Origin: Cenococcum geophilum
Lineage: Eukaryota
Reading direction: 5' to 3'
NCBI GenBank assembly: GCA_050273025.1
Contig: CP158635.1
Span: 30,690,001 to 30,754,000 of the forward strand
DNA: 64,000 nt
In this document: positions 26,322-38,575 of the stretch, in pieces
Position numbering within the stretch: position 1 is the stretch's first letter
Layout: every line of letters starts with the position of its first letter
Position numbers and translations under genes: made by a program
The notes under the pieces: generated by a model
What the model was told of the DNA's origin: nothing
What the model saw: only the letters and a program-made list of their open reading frames with translations
The model's database searches: none

Positions 26322-27620
26322 TAAAATACTGTACGAAGGCGCGCAATTATATAACAACTAATCACGTAATTTAATTCAAAAACTTGCCAATATATGCCAA
26401 TTCTTAATATAATCTTTTATTTTTAAAATAAATACATTACTATTAGAGCTATTTTATTAAAAGTGTTGCAAATATTGAATATTGGCACTGCAAATATTGG
26501 CATTTGCCGATATTTTATTGGCTGAATATTCGCTTATTAAAAACCACGCTGGATCGTTCTCTATGGCCGTTCGCTAGCTGTATATTCGAACGGTGGTCGT
26601 CTAGGGTGCCTCCCTAGGAGGCCTTGATTCGATTCAGTAATGGGCCGATATCAAATTTGATCGATCGAATCGTTCGTGGTATTCGCTGGCTGGTTGTTCG
26701 AAAGGTCGTCGTCTAGTTCTGATAACGGTCGTCTAGTTCTGGCAACGGTCGTCTGGTGACGGTAACGGTCGTCTACTGGCTGCCGTTCTAGTGTTTCCTA
26801 AGGTAGGGAGGATGTAAGGAAGGGTAAAAAATAAGGTGGCTACAAAGGGGTAACTTGGTAGGGCATGTGTAGGCTATTGGGAATATAGCGGGGACCTAAT
26901 AGCACTATGTGTCGCGCCTGATAGCACTATATCGCGCGCGCGCGTACCTAAGGTGTCGCATTAGGGGGGGTGTTGCTTGAGGGGTATGTGCATAGGTGTC
27001 GCTTTGGGGGGGGGGGGGGAATAGGAGGGGTATCGCTTAGGGTATCCTGCCAGGAACCTGACAGGACGATTAGGAAATACTAGTTTCCTATTAGGAGCCT
27101 ATTAGGACGATTAAAAAATACTAGTTTCCTATTAGGACTTAATAGGACAATTAAGAAATTAAAAATCCTAGTAAGAGCCTATTAAGACGATTAGGAAATA
27201 CTAGTTTCCTATTAGGACCCTAACAGGACGATTAGGAAAATTAAAATCCTACTAGGAGCCTACTAGGAGCCTACTAGGAGCCTATTAGGATAATTAGGAC
27301 CTTTAGGAAAATTAAAATCCTATTAGGAGGCCTCTAGGATCTTAGCACCCTAATAAAATGCTAATATTAGTAATATATAAATAAGCTTAGGGCGAAGTTT
27401 CCTAAAGATATAAGACTCTTAAAACAAGATAAGTAAGATTTAAGACTTTTAAAACGAGATAAAAATACTATAAAAGCCTAGTTAGACTAAGGCTAAAGTA
27501 AAGCTTAAGATAGAAGCAAGCTTAGGATTAAGAATTCTATAGAACTAAGATTTTAGTAATAGAATAAGGACTATTAAAGAATTTATAAGCAAGGCTTAGT
27601 AATAAGATTAAAATATTAAT

Positions 27621-27837
27621 TGTAAGGGATATTATTACGGACACCTTAGGTTGCCCTTAGGATAACCCCTAAACGCCCCTTAGATAGTTGCCGGTTACGT
27701 ACTAAAGGCACATACCTATAGCATATAGTCTCTACAATCCCAGAGGCCTTACCTCCTTAAGGATTTATCTCTCTTACTAATCTATCCTATTTTATAATTG
27801 TGTCCTTATAGCCCCCTGTTTATAAAATCCCTTTACA
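27621..27837 (+). repeat. 5' LTR of B1
   Basis: TGTAAG...TTTACA, a direct repeat of 60879-61095. Confidence 0.95.
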
Positions 27838-30800
27838 TTTAAATCCTTCCTACTTTTTTTAAAAGAGCAGTCGGCTTTAAGGACTAGATTATTTATTTAT
27901 ATCTTTTATTTATAACTACTATCCTCCCTAAAAATCTCGCGATAACTTAAATAGAAGCTCTATAGATACCTTATAAAAAGCCGTCGCGTAAAGGTAAGAA
28001 GGTCCCTCTAATAGCGAGAGATTATAATAATATAACCCTTTAGGTAAGATGGCTAAATAAGCTCTAATACCTAGATACTCTAGGAGCTTAAAGACTTTTA
28101 CATACCTACGGTTACTAGCAACGCTAAGGAAAAGATACCTATTATAACGGTTATAATACTACTAAAAAGCAGTTAGAACCCCTTTAGCCTACCTAGGCTA
28201 ATTAAAAGATTAAGCGCTAGAGGTAACTTTAAAATCTTCCCCTAAGCTAGAAATACTAGAGAAATATATTAATATATTTAACTAGGGAACTAACTAAAAC
28301 TCTCCCGGAAGACCACTAGCCTATAATTAGTATAGTAGCGGTATATAGACTGCTTACGAGCTAAGCGGGCCTACCCCTTTAGGTAATCTAAACTAACTAC
28401 TAACTTAAGACTTAAGCCTTATAGGGAAATCTATACTAGCTACTAGTACTAATACTACCTCTATAGCTGGAGCTTCCCTAAGGCTAAGGTTAGAAAGTTA
28501 AGAGCCCTAAACTAATATTCTTTAAGATGGATATTAGGAAGCTGCTATAAGGCTCTTAGAAGCTATATAAAAAGGAGCTACTAATAAATATATTAGAAAC
28601 CTTTAGGGGTAGGTTTAGATCTAGTAGAGTTTAATTTAGGCTAAATAAAATCTTTTATATCTTAGCTAAGGTTAAGGGCTTTCTAGGAGCTACCTAATAC
28701 CTACCTAAAAAGGTATAAAAGACTTAGAGAGTTACCTACGCTATAAATAAAAAAAGGATATAGACTAACTAGTTAAGGCCTTTAGTAGTTTAGAACTCCG
28801 CTATAAACCTAACGCCTAGTAGTTGGATAATTAGGTTTGTAAGGTAGATAACTTCTTTAGGATGCTAATAATACGAGATAATACTAAAGAGCGTATACGC
28901 TAGATTATTAATAAGATTAAAAACTAATTGCTAAACTAAATTGTATTAAATTAGCTTAATAAAGAGTAAATTACTATATAGCTATAGCTGTAAACCTTTT
29001 TAAAGAAATAGACTTAGGATCTATATATTGTATAATATAATAATATAGAGCTATTCTAGAATAGGATATAGCTTAGCCGCTATAACTTCTACCAGTTTAT
29101 AAACTTTATAAAAACTTATGCTTAATAAATAGATCTAAAGCCCTTTAAAAATAAGGATAGTAGCATTTATAAAAAGAAAATGATTAGGTTTATTTAGGCT
29201 AGAATTAAGCTAGTAATTTAAAATAAAATAAAGCGCGTAGGAGCCCTATTATAGATTACTACATACGCGGATTTTAAAAGAGTAGTTTTAAACGCTAAAG
29301 ATATAGTAAGGAACTAGGCCTCTTTTAGTAGGAAGTTAAGGGGTTACTAAAAGCGTAAGCACTCTAGTAGTAATATAGGGTAGGCTTAACCGTTAAAGAA
29401 GCCGTTCTTAAAGAGAACTTTAAAAGGGTTAAAGTTAGGAGCCTTAAATAACGGGAAAGACTCTTAGGGTTAACCTAATACCTATCTAGCACCTTTATGG
29501 GAATACTTTAAGAAGTTAAGAGAAAACTCTAGAGGTAGATCCTATTAGAAAAATAAGTAGGGCAATAACCGCACTAATAATTTAAAAAAAGAAAAGCCTT
29601 AGTTGTGGACCTCTCCTAGCTATAACTAGGGTAAGATATAAAAGGAGAGACTCTCCGTATTACTATTAAGCTAGAAATAATACTCCCTATAGGTAAGATA
29701 TGTTAGTTTTAAGTACTATATAACAGCGGTGCTGAAATTAATCTTATATAATATAATTTAGTAAAAGAGTATAAACTTATTCTATTATAAAGGTAGCGGA
29801 AACCTATTATAGGCTTCTTAGATAAGTATTAGATTAAACTATATAGTACCTATAAGCTTATAGTATTAGTGCCCAATATATATAACTGCACTAAAGTAGT
29901 TAGCCCGCAACTCTTTTAGGCGGCTAACTTTATAGGTTATAACCTTATCTTTAGATACCCTTAGCTTATAGAAGTAGATTTTAAGATACGCTTTAAGATA
30001 GAAGCTTTTAAATAGTGGAATAATAAAGATTTGGAAGGGCGTATATTACTAATAAGCCTAAAGAATATTTTAGAGAATATAGCCCTAGGCAAAATAGTAT
30101 ACACTTTATACCTAAAGGAGTATTAAATCTAACCTCTATTTAATAGCAAGATAGGTATAAAGCCTAGTATAGGTAATATCCCCTTTATAATAGAGACCTT
30201 ATAAGGAACTATTAGATAGGTTATAAAGACATTATAGGGAGGCGGCGATCTTAAAGATCTTATAAGATACTTTAACCGCTATAGGTTATTCTAGCTTAAG
30301 TAATACGCGGAGAGTATGCTTTAACACCTTAAACGGTACATTAAAAAATTCCTTACCCTCTACTAGCTACCGTATGCAATAGTTTAACGTATAGTAGCAA
30401 CTATATATAAGCAACTACTATAGCGTATAACGCTGCCCGTAAGTATTCTAAGGGAGCTTTAGAACCTACCTAATAATAACATAAAGGATAAACGCGACTC
30501 TAATTTGTTAAATATTCTAGTAGGCCTAAGGGACTTACTAAAGGTATTTTTAGGTAGGAGAGCTAAAGTTCTACTGTAGAACTCGGAGTACGATTATATA
30601 ATTAATTTAAAAGAAGGTAAATAGCCGCTAAACCTTTCTATTTATAACCTCTTACGTAAAGAGCTTAAGATTCTATAGGAGTACCTTAATGGCTTATTAA
30701 AAAAGGGATAGATTTGGCCTAGTAAGTTACCGGTAGGCGCGCTAATCCTCTTCATTTTAAAACTAGAAAGAACTATAAGGCTATACGTAGACTATTACGG

Positions 30801-32111
30801 TCTTAATAAGATTATAATTAAGAACCGTTACCTACTACTACTAGTTAATAAAATGCTAAATTAATTATTTAGGGCAAAGATCTTTATAAAGTTAGATTTA
30901 TAAGACGCCTATTATAAGCTCCGTATTAAAAAAGGGAATAAGTAAAAGACCGCTTTTAAGACCCGATATAGCTGCTTTAAGTATTTAGTAATGCCTTTTA
31001 GGCTAGCTAATACGCCTATAATATTTTAATTATATATCTATAGAGCCTTAGGGAGACTAGGTAACCGTATATATATTATCTATTTAGATAACATTTTAAT
31101 TTACTTAAAAGATAAGGATTAGCATAGGTAATATATCCGTAAAGTACTAGAACGTTTAGATAATTAGGGCCTCTACGCCAAGGCGTTAAAGTATATCTTT
31201 GATACTAAGTAGGTTAAGTTCCTAGGTTATATTATAACGCCTATAGGTATAATTATAGACCTAGTACGGGTGTAGATAATCTAGGAGTGGCTAGAGCTAA
31301 AGAGCTATTAAGATTGTATAATTATAGCACCTGTCGTACCAACCGCGTGCTTACGCGTTCGGTACGCCGAGTACGCGTTTACGCGTTTGGTGCACTAACC
31401 ACCCGCTTACGCGTCTGGTGCACTTCTAAAGCACTAACTAATTAGGGGGGAGGCGCATTAGTATATAGACTACGTAGTTTGCTTTATATAATCAATAGTT
31501 ACCATCCAAACGAGCATACAATACTACACGTATTTCGTGCCCCTGGATACGACTTACTCGTGCTATTAAGTTAGTACGAACACTGATTAGTAAGCGCGCA
31601 CAGATCAGCAATTACTCGATACCTCCCCTAAGTGATACTCGACAGCGACCACCTGTTTAGACTCCTAGTACGACCTACTAAAAGGTTGGAAGTCGGGGAT
31701 TACAGACTTATCTTTAACTCTATATACTTATTTAAGTCTTAGTACGGTTTACCGGAAGTATAATAGACGCGAATATAGACCTGTATAAAACCCCTACCCT
31801 TAAACCTTAAACCCCTATTCCTACTATACCTCCCCCGACCTCTTTTTAGACCCCTTATAGAGACCCCTTACCCTTCTACAAACCGTTACAGACCCGTTAA
31901 TTACCTTTACGGACCGCTACAAAACCTCTTACCCTTCCGCGAACTAGTACGGACCCGCCAACCGCCTTTACAGACCACTATAAGACCCCTCCCACCTACT
32001 ACGTACTACACTACACTATACAGTATAGCAGACCTAAGGAAGTAAGTCGATAAAGGTTAGGAAAAGTGAAGGTAGGGAGTTGATCTTATATCTATACCTA
32101 ATGTTAATAAC

Positions 32112-35100
32112 TGTTAGCGACTCAGTCAATCGAGGCACGAGCACGGCAAGAGGGACGCGCAAGCCTGTACAATTAGTAGTCTATAAACGAGGATCTAAAG
32201 CTAGAGAAAGGAAAGGAGAAGAAGAGCAGCGCTGGTCGAAGTAGGGTTCTTTTTATACGGTCTTCTAGTTACGTGACCACGAAGTTCTGCCAAGTTCTGC
32301 TAGGTTCTGCCAGTGCCATAACATTACCCCCCCCTCCGCAAAAGCCTGCCCTCAGGCTTTATAGTCCGTATTATGCTTATAGGGCGTTCTTATCTTTATG
32401 TTCTTCCGGTAGCTTATTGTCTTCGCTATACCAGCACTCCATTTACTCGTCTAGGTACTTTGGGGGTCCTAGTTCATTAGGGTAGCGGTTATAGAATTCT
32501 TAAAGCTTATAGGGACTGCCAATAAAGTTCCATACAGGGTACCAGGTAGAATCTAGGTCATAGCCTTTCCAACTAACGCGGTACTTTAGCATTTTCCTTA
32601 CTAGTTTACAGGCCAGTACTTCTTCAATTTCCCATTCGTTGTCGCCATTGACTTAAATTGGTAGGGGAGGTTCGTTCTTTTATCCAGGCAATAGGTTGTT
32701 TATAGCTTTCCATAGCTTATCCAGCAAAAAAACGGGGTAAACCTTAATTAAATCCAGAAGCTTTACTTTATACGAGTTACCTATCTTCTTAAGGACCTTA
32801 TACGGTCCTGCTATCTAATAGTCTAGCTTACGGCTAGGCCGTTCCGTCTTCTAGTTCTTTATCATAACCCAGACCATATCGCCTACGGTAAAGTCGGGTT
32901 CGCGCCTATACTTATTTACCTACTATTCTATTAATTTCTAGGCCTTTTCTAGATTTATACGGGCTACCGTCCAGGCTTCCTCTAAGCGCTTAGCGTACTG
33001 CTGGGCTTCCTCATGAGACAGTTTCTCGCGTACGGTCCGTGGTCCTTCTAGTCTATCCTAGTTAAAGCTTATTCAGGGTAAATACCCTATTTCTAGTTAG
33101 ATAGGTGCAAATCCCATAAAGTCATAGGGTAGGGTCGCCTGGGCGTAGTCTATTAGGGGTAGCAGTTTGCCCTAGTTGTTCTAGAAGTAGTTAATAAAAG
33201 GCCAAAGTCTCTAATCCAAATATTGATTTACAATCTCCGTCTAGCCGTCTATCTAGGGGTAGTATGCTATAGAAAGCTTTAGCCTAATACCTAGGATCCG
33301 GGTAAACTTATTCCAAAAGGCCAATATAAATTACGGGCCGTAATCGGATATAATAGTATCTGGTGGTCCGTAAATGCGGTAAACGTAGTGGATATACAGT
33401 TAAGCCGCCTCCTTAGCATTAATATTCTTATAACAGGGAATTAAAAATAGGCGCTTACCAAAGCGGTTAACTAAAATCATAACTATATTATATCCGTCGC
33501 GGTCTATTAGTAGCTTATAGAAGTCTATAGAGATATATTACTAGGGGCGGTCGGGTATCAGAAGAGGTTTCAATAGTCCTGGGGTCTTATCTCGTGGAAT
33601 TATAGATCTACGGCAGCTGTCGCAGTTCCGTACATAACGGTTAATATTTATAATTATTCCGGGCCAGTAGTAGCAGTCACCAATAATCTTACAGGTCTTA
33701 TTTTTTCTAGGGTGGGCCGTAGAGACCTAGGCATAAGCTTTGGCAATAAGCCGGGTCTGTAAGTTCTATTCCTTAGCTACTACTAGCCGTTCCTAGTGCT
33801 TAAGTAGTCCGTTTTTAAGGGACCATAGGCTAGTAACGTTCTTTGCCTTTTTATGGTATTCCTATAAAGAGGGGGTCATTTAATTGGCCTGTAGTAGTTT
33901 ATTAATAAGGTTAAGTTTAGAGGAGTTAACAGAATATATCTTAGCGCCTAAGAAGTCCGTACTTAGTTCTGCCCGTATCCAGAGGTTAAGGTATTTTAGT
34001 TATAGTAGCGTCTAAGTCCATAGTGAGATCTTCACAGCCGTCTAGTTATCTAGGTCTTACTTACGCCTTATAAAAGCGTCCGCACGGTTTATAGCGCCTA
34101 GTCTATATATAATTAAGAAGTTAAACTAAGATAGGGTATCCGCCTAGCGTGCCTGCCGGGCCGTAAGGGCCTTAGTTATTATAAAGTATTTTAGGGCCTT
34201 ATAATCTAAAACTACCTTAATCGGCTTAGGGGTCCCCTCTAGCTATATACGCCAGTGCTAAAAGCTAGAGATAATAGCCAGCATTTCTTTATCATGGATG
34301 TGGTAATTCAGCTTAACATCTATTATAGTCTTTAAATAGTATATAATAGGGTACTACTCTCCGTCCGGTTGCTTTTAGGAAAAAATACCAGCTATCACGC
34401 CATCTAAGGCATTAGTTTCTAGCATTAAGGGCCATTTTAGGTTAAAATGGGCAAATAGGGGAGCCGATACCAGCCGTTTCTTAAGCTCATTAAAGGCCTG
34501 CCTACATATAGCGTTAAAGTGGAAGGGCTAATCTTTTCTAGTAAGACGGTTAAGAGGCCGGGCAATCCTGCTATAGTTCTTAATAAAGCGTTAGTAGAAG
34601 TTACAAAACCCTAAAAAGGATTATACCCCCTTTACAGTCCGTAGGGGTGCCCACTAGTTAATTACGGCCATTTTCTCTAGGTCGGTTTTAATTCCGTTTA
34701 TACTAATAATAAAACCTAGGTACTTTATACGCTTAACACTAAACTCCGACTTCTTAATATTAACCTAGAGGCCAGCCTCGCGGAGCTATTATAGGACTTT
34801 ATAGACGTACTCCTTATATTCTAGCTCGTTCTTAAAGTAGATCATAATATTATCTAAATAGGCCGTACAGAAATCGTTAAGGTAGTTAAAGAGTACATCG
34901 TTTATATACCGCTAGTACGTAGCTAGTCCATTAGTTAGTCCAAAAGGGAGTACTTTATATTTATACGTTCCGTAACGGGTCTAAAATATAGTAAAATCTT
35001 TAGACCCGGGGTCTATCCTAATTTGGTAAAAGGCCTAGCGGATATCAAGCTTTATAAAGACCTTAGCTCTACTTATTTAGGCCAAAGTCTCATTAAGTAG

Positions 35101-37984
35101 GGGCAGTGGATAGCGATCCTTACGGGTTATATTGTTTAGCTTATAATAGTTAATTCAAAAGCGGAGTCCTCTATTTAGCTTTTTAACAAAGAGAATAGGC
35201 AAGGCAAAAGGGGCTTGGCTAGGCTCAATAAAGCCCTTATTTAGGTTATTAATAAGATACTACTTTATAGCCTATAATTCGGTAATAGATTGCTTATAAA
35301 GGGGGCTAAAGCTAAGGGTGTTTTCTTTGCCCTGCTTAATCTCAATCTTATAGTTATATGGTCGGTAAGGTAAAAGTATATCGGACGCTGCTTTAGAGAA
35401 TACGTCCTTAAATTTCTGGTGTTAATAGGGTAGCTTTTATTCTACTAGTTCCTTATCCGTAAGCTCGCTTTCTTATCCGCTAAGCTTATTTCCCTTTTCC
35501 TTAATTATTCGATTAATTTCGTATAAGCTTATTATAAAGGCAACGGTATTAGGCTAAACCAAGTTCTGGTAGAATCCTACGGCACTAATACAGCAGACAT
35601 CAACTAGTAGGAGGTCCACTGGTTTCCTTATAGCCGTTTTCCGGACCGTATTTTATAGTCTAAGGTTTATAATCTTTCTTAGCTCCTATTCCATCTTCCG
35701 TAAGTTATCCCTCCAATCTATTAGTTTAGTATAACGTCCAACGTCCCTTACTATTCTTTATAGCTATATAGGGCCTAAGCTCTCCATAGGGGGCTTTTTT
35801 AGGTCACTACTAACTTCCTAGGTCTTTAATGCGGGTAGCGTAATATAGGTAGTCTAGGGGCGACGTAGTATATAAATCCGTTACGAATTAAGCTATATAT
35901 CTTTCTTAAAGGCCTAGTCCCTACGCATAGCATTGGCCTAGTAAATAGTATTAATCTAGGGCCGTATAAGGTTTTCCATTATAATACTAATTTCTTTTAT
36001 AAAGGAAGGGGTTGGGGGTAGGGTTTCGGGCCAGGTAAGCCGTCTACTCCGTATATTAAGCTATAAGCCTAAATAGGCTAGCCATTTTCGCCCTAAGATT
36101 ATATTATAACTACCTAGGTCCGTAATAAGGAAGGGGGCGTTATACTGCCTTCGTCTGTTAACACGGAGGTAAATCCGCAAGATAGTCGTAATAAGTAGTC
36201 CTATCCACCCATTGTACCCACGGATAGGAATTAGTTTAGGCAGTTCTTTAATAAGTGTATTTAGAAAGTCAGCCAGCTTTATAGCATACTGGGTATCTAT
36301 TAAGGCAAAGGCATTTACTCTAGAGTCAGCTAAAGCAGAGGTTAAAACTTGGTATCTATTACGGAATAAAGTATAAGGGATAGTGTAGCTTCTTCCACTA
36401 ACTAGCTAACCCAGATTAATATCTGACATGTTAATCCCTTTTAACCCTAGAGAGGAGTCTTCCTCTAAGGTTCCTCTTTTTCCGACTCCACGCTATTCTC
36501 CTAGATTAATAAAACCTCGTCCACTTTCGCGTTTATTAGGTAATCCCTTACACGGTAACCTTTCTATCTATAAAAGAAGTAAGCTCCTTAATTACTAAGG
36601 GCCTATATACGGGGGTTGCTATATATAGGCCGAGCATTTGCCGGATCTATAATAGGGCTGGCCGTATAGCTAGTTACTAAATTAGCGGTAGGCTGTACGG
36701 GTAGTGCTATGGGGGTTGCCGATTATGCTGGGGCATTACGGGCCGTTCTTATATTGCTTATAGTCTAATTTAAAGGGTTTCTAGCTTTATACCATTCGGC
36801 GCATACCTTAATTCGGCAGAGGCCTTAGTTAATAGCCAAGCACTAGTCCGTAAGTTCCTTTAGCGTCTATATAGTAGTAAAAACTAATAGTACAGCTCGC
36901 TGCAGGTCTAGGGTAAGCTTATTAAATAGGTCTAGTATTAGATCTTCCTAAGGAATTCGAGCCTGGCCGGCTAGGTATAAAAAGCGGGTCTAAAAGGCCA
37001 AGAAGGTCTCTATCGTTTTTATATTTAGGCTTTTATAATTAAGTCGGGCGTTTTGTACTTTAAAGGGGTCCTTATAAATAGAAGATAAGTAAACAATTAT
37101 CTCTTCTTTAGAGAGGAAGGGCTTTACTAAGTCCTATACGTACCGCGGACGTAGGTACGTCTATACGTCCTCGCCGGTACGGCCGAAGACGTAAGCCATT
37201 TTAGCCTAAGTAGTAGGGAAGTAGTCCGCATTAACTTCAAGCTTATTCTGTAATTAAAGCTTCCAATTATTAAATATAGGGTTAATTCCGTCTGTAAGCA
37301 ACGGGGGGTCCGCAACCTTTACGGACCATAATAATGCTAATGCTATATATTAAGCTAGAGCCTTAAGGACTATAGCAAGTCTCTAGGTGTCTAATAATTC
37401 CTTACTAGGCGTAGGGGGTTCTCTGGCTTTAAGCAGCTCTCAAAGTTGTTTAATTTCGGCATTGGCTACTACGAGCTCCACTTAGGAGTTCAAGTCAGTT
37501 ACTATTTCACCATCAGAGGTATTCGAGGGTCCTACGGCTGCTTTGCCGGCTGCTATATTTCTTAGCATCGTGGTATAGTTATTAGGGTAACCTTTGGTAG
37601 AATTCTACAGGGGTTCTGGTCTGTGCGTATTCTATAGGTCTTATTATTCTTTTCTATTCTTCTGGTTCTAGTAATATTCTTTAGGTCTAATTCTATATTC
37701 TATTCTAGTTCGTGGTCCGTAGATATATTTAAGTTCCTTCTTAGGAAGAAAGGGTAGTTAAGCTTTAGATAATGTTAGCGACTTAGTCAATTAAGGCACA
37801 AGCACGGCAAGAGGGACGCGCAAGCCTATATGATTAGTAGTCTATAAACGAGGATCTAAAGCTAAAGAAAGGAAAGGAGAAGAAGAGCAGCGCTAGTCAA
37901 AGTAGGGTTCTTTTTATGCGGTCTTCTAGTCACGTGACCGCGAAGTTCTGCCAAGTTCTACCAGGTTCTGCCAGTGCCGTAACA
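32112..37984 (-). mobile_element. Full-length Gypsy chromovirus family D
   Basis: 212-bp LTRs at 32112-32323 and 37773-37984, with intact TG...CA ends. TSD ATAAC at 32107-32111 and 37985-37989. PPT at 32324-32340. RT CTAYLDNIMIY at ~34840-34870, then RNaseH, integrase and chromodomain (~32480-32640). Confidence 0.96.
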
Positions 37985-38395
37985 ATAACTATATTAAATT
38001 TAAAGTTCTTAAATATGAATATTTTAAGCTTATAAACGTTGACCTATAGGAGCAATACTAGGAAGACTTCGCGGACTTTACGGAAGCTATCTTTAAAGTA
38101 TATAACTCTACTACTATCTGTAACCTATGGACCCTTTTATATAACTAAGGTGTGTAGGTTAAAAGGAATAAACAAGTTACTGTTATATAGTCCTTATACA
38201 ATATAATATATAAGAAAGACTAAACGGAATAGACTAAAGAGGAAATCCTAGACCAGTTCTAAGAAACTAAGGAACTCTTTACTTCTTCCAAACTTAATAT
38301 AATCGCTAGCCTTATACCTGACCTACTTAACTAAATTTGTCCTATAAACCTAAGCAGTCTCGGAATTAATCTTATAGGCTAAAGTATACCTAGTA

Positions 38396-38575
38396 CTTAA
38401 GTTATGGACCGTAATACCCCCGTAACCTAAATTACGGACTATAATACTCCTGCAAACCAAAATACGGACTAAATTACCCCTATTATTTAAGTTATAGATC
38501 CGTAAGCTATATATCCATAAGCTATATATCCGTAAGCCCTAGATCCGCAAGTTATAGATCCGTAACTTACCTAAG
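38396..38575 (+). repeat. In-frame 30-bp and 15-bp tandem repeats in Copia gag
   Basis: Units such as TAAGTTATGGACCGTAATACCCCCGTAACC and TAAGCTATATATCCG. Confidence 0.75.

Larger units (their letters stand above)
23056..26551 (+). mobile_element. Full-length hAT DNA transposon (3496 bp)
   Basis: Perfect 17-bp TIR CAGCGTGGTTTTTAATA. 8-bp TSD GATCGTTC at 23048-23055 and 26552-26559. Subterminal TATTGGC/GCCAATA repeats at both ends. Confidence 0.97.
22096..27366. mobile_element. Unclassified non-autonomous DNA element (~1.77 kb without the nested hAT), CACTA/CMC-like or Helentron-like
   Basis: Absent from A1 and A3 at the orthologous site GCTTAGTTTAG. Ends are CATCAGCA / TGCTAATA (RIPped TGCTGATG) with two extra T at the junction. 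Subterminal CCTGACAGG/CCTGTCAGG arrays occur at both ends. No coding capacity is seen. Confidence 0.75.

Noticed and set aside
26110..26346. Poly-Ser/Asn ORF
   Set aside because: Wrong frame, and it reads into the predicted intron. The poly-Ala frame splices in frame to the Cys-rich exon.
26960..27045. TTAGGG-like and G-rich runs suggesting telomere repeats
   Set aside because: Isolated G-tracts, not tandem TTAGGG.
27060..27330. Repeat-spacer-like array resembling CRISPR
   Set aside because: These are degenerate subterminal tandem repeats without unique spacers, with no cas genes and a eukaryotic context.
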